Assembly (NCBI GenBank): GCA_964016885.1
Contig: OZ024742.1
Span: forward strand, 260,276,001-260,340,000
DNA length: 64,000 nucleotides
DNA from: Eledone cirrhosa
Lineage: Eukaryota
Reading direction: 5' to 3'
Shown here: positions 1 to 13,629 of the stretch, piece by piece
Layout: each line of letters begins with the position of its first letter
Position numbering within the stretch: position 1 is the first letter of the stretch
Position numbers and translations under genes: made by a program
The notes under the pieces: generated by a model
What the model was told of the DNA's origin: nothing
The model's database searches: none
Seen by the model: only the letters and a program-made list of their open reading frames with translations

Positions 1-1117
1 TGAGAAAAGCAGGAATGAGATTGATGGAGCAAAAATTTTGGAGAATTCCAAAAAATAAAAGAATAATGGAGAAAGGATAAATAATGTTGATCTCATTCCC
101 ACTTTTCTCTTCTCTTTTCTTCCCTTCTCTCTTTCTATACTCCTCTCATTTCTCATCTCATGCTTTAGACTCTCTGTCTTCCATTCTCTCCCTCTCTCCA
201 TTCCTCTGCTCAATATGTGGTTATATTTTACCTGACTTTTTGCTATACATATAGTAATCAGCTATTTACAGCTACCAACTAAGCTAAGATTCCTACAATT
301 TTATGAAAATTAATAATAATAATTTCTAATTTAGGCACAAGGCCAGCATTTTTGTGGGGGAGGAGTTGATTAAATCAGCACCAGTATTTAACTGGTACTC
401 TATTTTATCAAGCCTGGAAGGATGAAAGATAATGTTGACTTCAACAGGATTTGATCTTCAAATGTAAAAAAACAAAAAATATTACAATTCATTTATATAC
501 TAGTATCATTTCAGTTAACTATAAATCTTTGTTAACTCTTTCATTACCGTATTTCTAATGAAAGACACTACCTATATCTTTAACCCTTTCATTACCATAT
601 TTCTAATGAAAGATACTGCCTGTGATTCTCAAATCATTTTGAAAATATTTTTTTTTAAATTGGTGGGATTTAGTATTAGTATAACTAACTCTACCATTAT
701 TAAACTGATGTTTGGGGCATAACCTAGCAATCGGTTTTAGTTAAATATAAACACTTTAATGTAACTGATTTGTATGATACACCCATGCTAGCGTGGAAGA
801 TAGACGTTAAACGATGATGATGATGATGATGATGATGAACCAGAGGCAGGTTCAGAAGAGTTCTAGGTGATATGATTGCCAGGAGAGGGAAGAAGAAAAA
901 AATGACAACTTTTTGAAGACTACACCCAGATCCTGGAAGGCTCTCAGGAAATAGTTGATAGCTTTTACTAGCATGAAACAAACCAATTTCATTGGCATAC
1001 TTCAAAAATACATTGAATAAAAAAAACTGTATTGGAAATACAAATGATGGTGGTGTATTGAAACATCTGGTATGGCTGTTTCCATTGTTCAATTGGAAGA
1101 TAAGATGAAATATTTAC

Positions 1118-1540
1118 ATCATCATCATTTTATGTCCATTTCCCACACTTACATGGGTTGTCACATTCTTAGATTAGACAGGTCAGGTAGCCATATCTTG
1201 CTCATACATTTCATTTTGGTATGGTTTCTATGGTTGGATACCCTTCCTAACACCAACTACTTTACAGCATTTGCTAAGTGCATTTTATCATGGAACCATC
1301 ATACACATTTTCCAGAATGTACTGGATGTATTTTATTGTGGCACTAGTACTATTACTTTACAGTGTGTACTGGGTGTATTATATTGGGACACTAGCACTA
1401 CTACTTTACAGAGTGTACTGAGTGTATTTTATTGTGACACTAGTACTACCACTTTACAGTGTGGATTGGGTACATTTTATAATAGCATTAACACTTCCAC
1501 TTTACCAAATGAACCGGAGGCATCTTATTGTGGCACCAAC
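1118..1540 (-). mobile_element. SINE (RTE-tail type) with internal 48-bp tandem amplification
   Basis: catcatcat tail, ggatacccttcctaacaccaac core, then about 5 copies of actttacagagtgtactgggtgtattttattgtggcactagtact. Confidence 0.7.
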
Positions 1541-3227
1541 TCTCAAATGATTGTATGTATTAATTGCAAATTAAAAAAGTAGATTTCTATGCATTACATT
1601 GGCTACTCATCTGAAAGAATAACTAAAGCAAGTCTGTCTGTTAAGTATCTGAGGCTAGTTAGTGTTTGACATTTCTGGTGTAATAAACCTGTCTTTAGAC
1701 TGTACTTTACTATATTTCAATCTAACTGTAGTGTAGATAGAAATATTGTAAACTACTGGAGTCAACAATTTTATCAATTATATATCTTCTCCAAATTTGA
1801 GGCCTGGTGAGCTGTGTTAGAAACACTCATTATTGTTACTAGGTTAAAGGATTAGCAGAATTGGTAGAGCATCACACAAATTCCTTTGTGGTATTTGTCT
1901 TGGTTCTTTACATTCTGAGTTGAAATCCTGCCGAGGTCAGCCTTGCTGTTTATCTTTCTGGGGTCAATAAAGAACCAGTTAAGCACTGGAATCAATGTAA
2001 TCAGCTTTCCCCTTCCCTCAAATTGCTGGTCTTGTGCCAATGCTAGAAAGAATTATCATCATTATTATGGTATTGGAGGTTACTATATTGGCACGGGCAT
2101 TGAAGCGCTGGACAAGTATATAGCAGTATTTGCTCAGGATTGATAAAATAAAGTACCAGTCAATTACTGGGTTCAATATAATCAATGTCCATCTTCCTCC
2201 AGATTGTTGGCTTTGAGCCAGTGTTAGAAAGAATTATTATGGTATTGACTAAAACTTGTGCTAGACTCAAATGAAAGTTCTTTAGAATGCTATCTAGGAC
2301 TAGCTTCCTACTATAATGTTACAACTAATGATTCAGAAAGCATTATGCTAAAGCTCACATGGAATGGATCTGCATTAATTTCAATGATGACTGCTCTAAC
2401 TTTTTAATGAATAGAACAACCAGCTCCTGAAATGTATGTGCAAGGGTCTGAGCATTCCATGAATATACTGCTCACGTAATTCTCTGAGGAATTCAGCATG
2501 TGTGAATCAATGAGCTTCCAAGCAATTTCTGTTCACTCTATTTCACTTACAAGGCCTGTGTCAACTTGAGATTATGGCAAATGGCTCTTGCTCAAGATTC
2601 CATGCAGTGGGATCAAATGCAGGATCTTATGATTGCATAGTAAATTTCTTAACCATCTGGCCATACTGTGTCAGTATGTCCAATAAAGTTTATATGTTTG
2701 TGTGTGTGTGTGTTTTCCGCACATCAGTTACGTTTTCCAGTTATTCAAACTACAAATCAGTTTACTAGTAAAATTAAAATGCAAGTGTCAGCATTCCACA
2801 GAAGTGTAAATATAACATAGTTTTCAGAGATTCAACATGGCACATATGACAAGGCTAGCCATTTGCACTACAGGTACAACTAGTTTTTCCAGCTGAGTGG
2901 TCTAGAACAACTTGAAATAAAGTGTCTTGGTCAAGGACACAGTACACTGCCAGAAATTGAACTCACAGTGGTATGATTGCAAGTGAAACATTCTAACCAT
3001 CATGAAGTTCATATACTTACACACACATTGTAATGTAAACCATCATATATAGCTTAGAAGTTACGTTATAAATTTATCAAGATTTTAATTTTTTCCTCTC
3101 TTGTTTAAATATTATTTTCATCATATTTTATACATATTTAAATAGTACTATTTTTTCTTTTATTCATTTACAAAATATAATTTCTTTTTTATTTTGATTT
3201 CAATTATTTTTTAATTCTTTATTGGTC

Positions 3228-3242
3228 AGCGCCCTCTAGTGC
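3228..3242 (-). promoter_or_regulatory. Candidate CTCF binding site
   Basis: Minus strand GCACTAGAGGGCGC matches 13/14 of CCRSYAGRKGGCRS; isolated GC island in extremely AT-rich DNA. Confidence 0.5.
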
Positions 3243-3252
3243 TGGTTAATTT

Positions 3253-3318
3253 CATATATATATATATATACGTATATACATATATACATATGTATATATA
3301 CACACACATATATATATG

Positions 3319-3359
<41 letters not shown>

Positions 3360-3371
3360 GTATGTGTGTGT

Positions 3372-3415
<44 letters not shown>

Positions 3416-3717
3416 TTATATATATATCTCTATATACCTTCCTTGTGAATGTTGTGGTTGGTTAGTTGAGCACTGTATGTCGTTGTCATTGTTGTTGTTG
3501 TTGTTGTTGTTGGTGGTGTTTTTATTTTGTTTTTTGTTACGTTTGTATATTATTATTATTATTATTTTCTGTTATATACATATATATATATATTTTGTTT
3601 TTGTTTTTCTGTTGTGTCATTTGTCTCCGTTTCTGCAGTTAACTGTTTTTCGTTATATTTTTACCTTTGTTTTTTGTTTTGTTATTTTTTTTTAAATGAT
3701 GATGACAAAATCCAGTA

Positions 3718-3768
<51 letters not shown>

Positions 3769-3929
3769 AATATGTATGTGTATATATATATATATAATAT
3801 ATATATGTATATATATACATAATATCTATATATGTATATATATATATATCATATATATATGTATATATATATATATATATTATGTGCATATGTATATATA
3901 TATATATCATATATATAATGTATATATAT

Positions 3930-3972
<43 letters not shown>

Positions 3973-3974
3973 AG

Positions 3975-4007
<33 letters not shown>

Positions 4008-4024
4008 AGTATATATATATATAT

Positions 4025-4055
<31 letters not shown>

Positions 4056-4198
4056 TATATATATATACATATATATTATATATATATTCATATATAAATA
4101 TATATATATCATATATATATATATCATATATACATATATATATAAATATATGTATATCTATATTATATATATATTATATATGTATATTATATATATAA
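3253..4198. repeat. (TA)n-rich low-complexity block; similar blocks at 39400-40390, 53930-54005, 54330-54925, 58200-58352 and 59965-60392
   Basis: Directly visible; source of the YIYIYI ORFs. Confidence 0.95.
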
Positions 4199-4844
4199 GC
4201 ATTTGGCACGATTACAGTTTTTTTAATGCCAGAGTAAGGGCAAGGAATGCCACTGTGGCTTAGTCACACCATGCATGTCGATCCTCCGCGCCCCTTTCCC
4301 CCGTTATAACCTGCCCCCTTTTAACCCCCACCCATCCAGAACCTTTTTTTTATTTTATTCTTTTAATTTTTTTTTATTATTATTTGGTAGCACTAAATTT
4401 TTTAACCCTTGCATGTGAAAAACAAGCTGCACATAATTATTTTATTCTGCATGTTTGCAAATATTTTCTTATTATATATTATAAATATTAAAATTTTTTT
4501 TTACTCTCATTATTTACAAAAAAAAATATACAGTAAAAAAATTAAATAATTAAAAAAACATACGAAAATATTTAAATGCGCTCAGTTTGAAGCATATATC
4601 ATGATTATGGTTATTATTATCATTATTATTGATTATTTTCTTTTTTCTTGAACAGATATTTGAAATTTTTTTTCTTCTTCCAAATTAAATCAAAGTTTTT
4701 GAAGCAATTTTGCTTCCTAATCTGAGCAGTGTTATTGTGATTAAATTTTATCACTGTTGTTATCGTTATTATTATTTATATCATTAATATATCATTACTA
4801 TTATTATAATTATTATTATTATCATCATCATCAATATACCATTT

Positions 4845-4896
<52 letters not shown>

Positions 4897-5067
4897 AAGA
4901 TATCATTATTATTATCATCAATATCCTCATTCTCATCTCCAAACTTTCTGCACAATTCAATCAATCCATTTAGTATTATTATTATCATTATTATTATTAT
5001 TACTATTAGTATTATTATTGTTATTTTATTATTATTATTTTATTTTTATTATTATTACTACTACTAG

Positions 5068-5123
<56 letters not shown>

Positions 5124-5421
5124 TTACTACTACTACCTCACTGTTGTTATTTCATTATATTATTTTTTTTTTAGAGATTAAATGTTATTTTTTAAATTAT
5201 TAAAATTTGTGTCTTTTGAAGATAATTTACAAAAAAAACATAAATAAGAATAGTAAAAAAAAAAGAAAGAGAAAAGATGAACAAAAACAACAATAGCAAT
5301 ACGAACAACTATAATTATCATGATTCAATTTATTTGTCTCAGTGGCACCTGGTGAATTGGACATTTACAAGGGCAAGTTGTACAGTGTAGGGGTGTACAA
5401 GGATCAGATGATGATAAGGAA

Positions 5422-5521
<100 letters not shown>

Positions 5522-6029
5522 GTCGTCAAGTATGAAATTTATAGAAATTTGTAGAAAAAAACTAATTTCTACAAATTTCATACTTGCCGACCCAATATAT
5601 ATTATAACACCTGTAATAATAATAATATGTATTGGGATAAAAATGTATTTATTAAGTTAAACTACATAATAAGACACCCCAGTGTATGGTTTTCAAGTTT
5701 AGTGGATATATTTCAATATTTTATTCCAGAAATGTGAAAGAGGAGATATAATATGCTTTGAAATACTGAAGGAATGACTAAATCCCCACTCCCTGGTCTG
5801 ATTAAAATGTAGTGAGGGCTTAAGCTATTTACAGCTTGGAGGCCTCTTATTAGAAGATCTCACAAAAACAAAAGATATGCATTTTGGTTATATTCAGGCC
5901 CCAAGCATGTGTTTGTTTCACTTAATGTTTAATCTGCAGATGACTACCCATAATGAATGTTTTTGAAAACTTAAAATATAATATCTGTTATATATATATA
6001 TATATATATATACATACATCATATATATA

Positions 6030-6362
6030 AAGGGTAAAAACCCACTTTGGTCACAAATGATCATGGGATTTGCACCTGGAAAGTTCCTCTCTAAGGCGCA
6101 AGTTTGAGCAAGATTGTTGAAAACCAGCAGTCGCCCATGTATACCAGTCTCCTCTCTCCATGACACCAATGTTGTCCAAGGGAAAGGCAGTGGACAAAAC
6201 AGCTTGGCACCAGTGATGTCGCAACTCATTTCTCCAGCTGAGTAAACTGGAGCAACAGGAAATAAAATGTCTTGCTCAATGGCACAACACATCACCCAGC
6301 TCAACAATCAAACTCACAATCACACGATTCCAAGCCCATGCTCTAATCACAAAGCTACTAAG
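6030..6362 (-). mobile_element. tRNA-head SINE; related copy at about 56060-56365 (+)
   Basis: Shares cagctgagtaaactggagcaa..aaataaa.tgtcttgctcaa with the other SINE heads. Confidence 0.65.
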
Positions 6363-6379
6363 CACGTTAGAAAGTAGAA

Positions 6380-7113
6380 AAGAGGACAAACTCTGATTCC
6401 ATCAGGGATAGGGAAAACTATGTATGCAGTAGATGTACAGGGAAAGTTGACAGCAGTAATCGCAGTGATAGACACATCTTTTAAATGCAGGCAGGTTCTA
6501 TAGAAGTGGTTGATAGCTTCCGGTACCTAAGTGATCAGATTTGCATGGGAGGGGGGGGGGGGTCCGAGGCCATAGTATCTAGAATAAGGACGGGTTGGAA
6601 GAAGTTTAGGGAGCTGCTTCTTCTGTTGACAAAGAAGGGTTTCTCCCTGCATATGAAAGGCCAGTTATATGATGCCTGTGTGAGATGCGTGATGCTGCAT
6701 GGTAGTGAGACATGGGCAGCAACTACAGAGGATATGTGACAGCTGGAGAGAAATGAAGCAAGCATATTCCGTTGGATGTGCAATGTCAATGTGCGTGAAC
6801 AACCAAGTATAGATGAGTTGAGAGAGAAATTGTGTATAAGAGGGATAAGTTGTGGTGTGCGGGAGAGAAGACTGAGATGGTATGGACATGTGATGCGCAT
6901 GGAGGATGATCGCTGGGTAAAGAAGTGCCAAGAAATCCCAGTAGAAGGAAGACCATGATAAACATGGGCAGAGGTGGTTTGAGCAGACCTCAGATCACTG
7001 AAGCTCACGGAGGAGATGATGAAGGACCGTGACAAGTGCAGAAATGCCTTGCTAAATAGGACCCGTCCCACCCTTGCAAGCAGGGAAAAGTGGACGTAAA
7101 ATGATGATGATGA
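6380..7113 (+). mobile_element. RTE-clade LINE, 5'-truncated 3' fragment (RT C-terminus, 3' UTR, (TGA)n tail)
   Basis: Broken ORFs with EVVDSFRYL, RIRTGWKKFREL, LYDACVRCVMLHGSETW, RWMCNV, RLRWYGHVMRME; in-frame stop at about 6737; ends ggacgtaaaatgatgatgatgat. Confidence 0.9.
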
Positions 7114-7644
7114 TATATATACTGTATACTTGTGTAAATTTTTTGTTAAATTCATAAGTTCAACTATTACACATATACTACTTTCAAAGGACTAAAATTT
7201 ACATTGTAATCCAAAATAACCAGTAGCCCAAACAAATTCTAAACAAAAGCGAAACAATGAATTACTATAATAATTCTCATGTTTCTCCTCATCAAACCAC
7301 ATTTCCCACCATAGAAAGACATGAATAAGGCCACATATCTCTTATAAATATTTCCATTTGCATACATGAAGACATGATAGTGTAGTACAATTTCCTCATC
7401 ATACCATATATGTTCAGGATAATACCTATATACACAAATACTGGTATGTTGTCCCTGAAGAACTAGGATTTACATGAAATACATAGAAATATCCAAATGT
7501 ATGGTCAAACGATAGGGAATTTATTTTTACACTAGTATATATAGCAATAACTGTAATTTCCATAGAACCAGTTTGGGTACTATTTACATTGGTAACATCC
7601 CCACAAATCCAGGCAGATGTAGGCATTTTCATGATATGTTGTGA

Positions 7645-7782
7645 CCAGTTTTCTCCATTTGTTGTGGTCACATGCCATATCTTAGGCTTCTACCAGTTTT
7701 CTCCATTTGATGTGGTCACATGCCAGATCTTAGGCTTCTACCAGTTTTCTCCATTTGTTGTGGTCACATGACAGATCTTAGA
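7645..7782. repeat. 48-bp tandem repeat x3
   Basis: ccagttttctccatttgttgtggtcacatgccagatcttaggcttcta starting at 7645, 7693 and 7741. Confidence 0.9.
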
Positions 7783-7869
7783 TATCTCTTCTTTGATGTT
7801 TTCTGTCTATCTTTTCCTCTGCCCTTTTCTTTTTTTTCTTTCCCTCCCCATTCTCTTTCCTCCTTTCTT

Positions 7870-8001
7870 CTCTTTCTCTCTGCCTCTCCACAGTTCATTG
7901 TATGGTGGTTTTTGCAAGTACACTGGTTCTTGTTACATGGCCATACCACCTCAGCTTGTTGTATGTCCATCTCTCATTCTCCACCTCTCTATTTCTTTCT
8001 T

Positions 8002-8062
<61 letters not shown>

Positions 8063-9030
8063 TTCTCTCTCCCTCCCTCCCCCACAGCACTTTCTCCACA
8101 GTTCATTGTACAGTGTTCTTTGCAAGTCCACTGGTTCTTGTTCCACTTTCTCAGTTTTCTTTCTACACTGCTGTGAGAAGGCCTTCATAGGAGATGATGT
8201 GATAGATGGTTTTTTGGAGTTGCTCATTTTTTATATGGTTTATGTATGAGATGCCTAAAATGTTGCTGTAGCCTCTTATTTCTAGTTCCTCTATCTTCTT
8301 TTGTATCTCTGCATTGAGAGACCATTTTAGAGAGTGTCAATATATACAGGAGCCTGATCTGTATCTTTATCTTTATGATATTCATATCTCTCCATACTGG
8401 CTACCATTTGGTTAATTCTATCATTGTGTGGTTCTTGATCCTTTTTCATTAATTATTGCTCTTAGCTATTTAACCCTTTCTTTGCCATATTTCTACTGAA
8501 AGACACTGTCGATAATTTCCAAATACTTTTGAAAATAATAAAGAATTTAGAGGGATTTAGTAATATAACTAACTTTTTCATTATTAACTCTTAATGATAT
8601 AGTAGAACATATTTAAAAACAAGTTTGTTAATTTAAATGATTATAGTATCGTTCCTAGTACACAGACTTTTGTGAACATTCGCAGTGATAAAGATTTTTC
8701 TTTTTAATGTTATGCAGTCTTGGTGTTGTTTTCTACTTTTCAAGAATGTCTTGTTAATGTGGATTCATGTGGTACAGGACATTAGGAGTTAAACGAGTGT
8801 TTGGAACATAGATAAATATAAACATCTTAAAACAAATTGTACTATATCATAAATGAAGGGGTGGTTTGGTAACAGAAGAATTAAATTTGATGCACTATCT
8901 CCAGTTTTTGTCTTTGTACAGAGATGTCCGTGGTGATGACACCATTGGTGTTCCTTATGTGTTTGATTTTTTCAACATTAATTTTCATTTCAAACTTGGA
9001 GAAGGCTTCATCAAAGTAATTAATTCTGTA
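7870..9030 (-). mobile_element. Degenerate RTE-clade LINE fragments interrupted by (CT)n and a MITE
   Basis: Minus-strand peptides KLRWYGHVTRTSVLAKTTIQ (about 7895-7960) and FSKFEMKINVEKIKHI..DISVQRQKLEIVHQ (about 8880-9010) match RTE RT motifs. Confidence 0.65.
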
Positions 9031-9569
9031 AAAAGAAATCATCCATTTGTAGAAGCACTGCAACATTAAAAGTAAACATGATGAGAGACAGGTGTTGGCA
9101 ATAGACTGAAGATAATATAGGTTCTGATAGGACTTTTCAGTCTGGTCTAGCATGTGACAACTTCATTAGTGCTGATGCCATGATAAAATGCACCCAGTCC
9201 ACTCTGTAAAGTAGTAATGCTGGTGTCTGAAAAACACTCCCAGTATACTCTGTAAGGGGGTTGGCATTAGGAAGGGTATCCAGCTGTAGAATTCATTCCA
9301 AATATGGAGCATAATAAACAAGATGAGTCATTCCGACCTGTCTGGTCACAGACCCTAACATCTCATCCAACCTATGCCAGCATAAAAAGATTTAAAATGA
9401 TGATGATGATAATTGGTACTATATTTCATTTATTTCAACGGACTACAGATTGTAGCTCTTTTACTGCTGCTGCTAACCAACACTGCAAAACTGGTGCATA
9501 GCACGTGTTACACCGGCAGAAATCCCACTGCATTTTCACCTACTCATTTTTATATCATCTCTCTCTCTC

Positions 9570-9606
<37 letters not shown>

Positions 9607-10568
9607 AAGAAAAACTTGCCAACTAAAGGTTGAAATGACTCTTCAGTTGTGTCAGGGACATGACAATCTCCCTAGTGCCGATGCCACAACAATGCACTTA
9701 GAGTACTCAATAGAGGGATTGTGGGAATGCATATATGGTAAATGTAGTCCCTCCAGCTCATCTGAGAGGTCAGTAGCTCCATACAGACTTGGTCTGTGAT
9801 AACCTATCCAACCCTTGCTAGCAAGGAGATGGATATTAAATGATGGTGATGATATATAATAATCATCATAATCATTTAACGTCCACTAGCAATGGTTGGA
9901 TGAGAAATCACAGCCGTCACTTCTAAATCACAGCCACATCTCATTCAGGTATGTTCCTACTTTACACAGTGTACTGGCTGCATTTTATTATGGCAATAAA
10001 ACTAGGGTATTTGTTGTGCCCTTAACATAAACTGTAGAGTCTTCTCAATCCTATATTTGGTATATTTTATTTGGCCTTTCCTAACATCAACCACTTTACA
10101 GAGTGTACTTAGTGTATTTTATTTATACATGAGTATGTGTGTAATGTGGTAGAATAGTAGAATCATTAGATCATCAGACAAATCCTTTGCAGTATTGTCC
10201 TGGTTCTTACTGTTCTGATTCCCATCATCCTCTGCAATTCATTGTTTGTTTCTCTTTCCTGGCGATAATCCACTCATCCTCTGAACCATTCCTATTTCTG
10301 TTCTTTCCCACCTGTATTGTATTCAAAATAAGGACTATATGCCTTCATTGTTTTTTATTTAAAAATAGTGCTCCCCTTAATAAAACTGGGATGGCCATTG
10401 TCAAACTAATTCACAAAGGCATCTTATATTTGCATATTTAGTAACTTATAGCCTGCTCTTAAACATTTTGTTCAGTTACCATTGTGTTATAAATTGGCTC
10501 AATCTGGCAAAATTGGTACCTCTGTAACAGCAACAATGACATAGCAAGCTTACCAAAACCCCTTCTCA

Positions 10569-10607
<39 letters not shown>

Positions 10608-11121
10608 ACGAAGGAATTGTGGTAAGGAACCAGATGGACCATAACGCACCAGAGTACTCAATACTTAGGGTAGTAGAGTGGGTAATAGGAACTCTGCCGT
10701 CAGGTCATACTTTTTCCTATATATATATATTTATATATTCATCCAGCCATCTCTTCCTCCATCCATCTGTCCACCCAGTCATCTATTTAGCCATCAATCT
10801 ATTTATCTAGCATCCATGTTTATTTAGCCCCCAATATATCTATCTATCCATCCACCTATCCCACCATCTGTCCATTCATCCAAATAAATACTCTTGGTCT
10901 ATACATTTCTCCCTTGCTATGTGTCTCAATTCCCTTATTTCTCTATCTCTTCATTTACATCAAGATGTTCTATCAGCTTGTGTGGATATTTTTTCCTATC
11001 TTGAAAAGGAAGACAGATAATATTTTCTCATATACAGTACTTTTCTAATTCATATTTCGCTTTCAGTTTATTGCAAAGCATATGTTGCCTCTTGTATCCA
11101 TATTAATCTTGTTGTTGCTTC

Positions 11122-11169
<48 letters not shown>

Positions 11170-11172
<3 letters not shown>

Positions 11173-11834
11173 GGATTGGCAGTACCAGTAGAACGTCGGA
11201 TGCCAGGCTTTTCAGTATAGAGTTGCGGCCCTTTACGCTCTGGGTTCAAATCCTGCTGAGGTTAACTTTGCCTTTCATCCTTACGGGGTTGATAAAATAA
11301 AGCACCAGTAATCACTGGGGTCGATTTAATCGACTTTCCCCTCCCCCAAAATTGCTGTCCTTGTGCCTATATAAGAAACCGTTATTATTATTATTATTAG
11401 GCCAGTGGATTAGCAGAATCATTAAAGCATCAACAGAATCATTTGTAACATTCAGTTACATCTCTTTAGCTTCTGGTTTCAGATCCTACCAAGGTCAACT
11501 TTATCTTACATCCTCCCATGGTCAATAATATAAAGTACCTGTAAAGTATTGGGGTCAATTTAATCAACTATCCCCTCCCCCAAAATTGCTGGCCTTGTGC
11601 CAAAAGTAGAAACTATTATTATAAGGCAGCAGATTGGCAGTATCGGTAAAGCATTGGACAGCATGCCTTGTGGCATGTTCTCATTCAAACCTTTCCGAGG
11701 TTAGCTTTGCTTTTCATCCTTATGGGATCAATAAAATAAAGTACCAGTAAGATGCTGGGGTAGATTTAATCGATTTTCCCCTCCCCAAAAATTATTGAAC
11801 TTGTGCCTAATTCAGAAACCAATATTATTATTAT
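11170..11834 (+). mobile_element. Three head-to-tail SINE copies (Meta-like family) inside an (ATT)n tract
   Basis: Heads at about 11170, 11399 and 11623, each ending in attattatt. Confidence 0.9.
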
Positions 11835-13629
11835 TTTGTTGTAATATATTTCTGATAATTTATTCTTACCATCAACTTCCTACATACTGCCCACCAATAA
11901 AGTGGAGAATAACTCTCTTGTGGTAATATTTCTAATGAAATTGCTAAATGTTAAAAATAAAAATAAATTAAATGACCTAGTCACTTGAAATTGTATATTT
12001 TAACTCCAAACCTTGCCAACCCCAATAATTTATGCCTAGGCCATACCAGATTTACATAGAGTTTAATTAAGCTTCATAGTCCAGGTGGACCCCTTCCCAT
12101 GAAAAATTTATACTATAATAAGAGCGCTCTCTGCCTGTCCATTCATCCATCTGTCCTTGTCACACACACTTTATATAGAGAGGAGTGCTAAGTGAAAAAT
12201 ATATTTATATAGAGATAGAAAAGAGAATGCCATGTGTTTTCAAGGTGACAGAAAGAGGTAGTTAGACAGAAAGTATGACGTCACCCTCATCTATATACAG
12301 AGGGCGAAAGAGATGTACGTAGATAGAGAGAGAAAAGGAAACTCCATTTGTTTAGAGAATGATAATGTGTGTATTTGACAGAAAGAGGGAGAAGACGATA
12401 TCACCCTCATATATAAAGAGAGGGAGAGTGCCAAGAAAAAGAGATGTACATAGATAGAGAGAGAAAAGGAAACTCCATTTGTTTAGAGAAAAAGTATGTG
12501 TGTGTGTGTGTGTGACAGAAAGAGAGAGAGGACAACAACGCCCTTATCTCATGTATATTAAAATATAGCTATGAAATGCATTTTGTCAAAATTTCAAATA
12601 TAATTGTTATTAAATATATTTTGCTTTCTTTGGGTGTCACCTTTGTCATAGATTAATGATGGAATTTCAGCATTGTTCTATGTGTAGGCCTACATTTATG
12701 TGTTTTAGCTTTTATTTTCTTGTGAGCAGTTACTGGGAATCCCAAATATTCTTTAATCTACAGCACCTATAGCCTTAAATATTTCCTCTCCTACAAACCC
12801 TAGTTGCTATATTCCAGTCTTTGTTTTAGGATTACATGGGGTGAACTCCATAGTTGAATTTTATTTCACAGTTGAAACCAAATATCTTTAATTACATCAT
12901 TAATACTATTGAGAAAAGCATGAATGCCATAATAATCACATTTCTTCCACTAGAAATAAATTTTTAAACATCATGAAATTTACAGCTCCCACTAATGCAG
13001 GTTTATCTGGCCCTCTACAAGGTTGCATCTCATAAGAGGTTTCTTGGGTGTTTTTATGAAAGCAATGTTAAATGAAGTGTTTTGCTCAAGAAAACAATGC
13101 ACTTCCTTGACAGGAATTGAACTCATGAGCTTATGCTCATGAGCCCAACACCCTAACTATTAGGTCATGTACCTTTACACTAGAAATATGGGGACATGTT
13201 TAAACCCTTTCATTACCACATATCAAATGAAAATCACTGCCTATTATTTTCAAATAATTTTGAAGAAATCTGAGGAATTTAGTAATATTTCTCATTATTA
13301 AGCTGAAGTCTGTGTAGTGGATTGGCAGAATCGTTAGTTTCAAAAAAAAATGTTTTGAGGTATTTGTTCTGTGTCTTTACATTCTGAGATTAAATCCTGT
13401 AAAGATTAACTTTGCCTTTCATCTTTTCGAAGTTGATAAAATAAAGTAATAGTCAAATACTGACGTTGATATATTCAACTTTCTTCCTAATCTTGTGCTT
13501 AATCTCAAACTATTATTAAATTGATGTTTGGAACATAACTTAATAAAAGTTCTTACATAAAATTATGATGAAAATATTTTAGATAAATATAAATATGTGT
13601 GTTTATAAACATTTGTGAAGAGTCATGTT

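Noticed and set aside
3239-4097. [14 protein letters not shown] and RERE ORFs here and at about 39400-40350, 54200-55060, 58120-58530 and 59840-61390
   Set aside because: Translations of (TA)n, (TG)n and (CT)n microsatellites.
6535-7155. 206-aa minus-strand ORF, the longest in the window
   Set aside because: Antisense shadow of the + strand RTE fragment.
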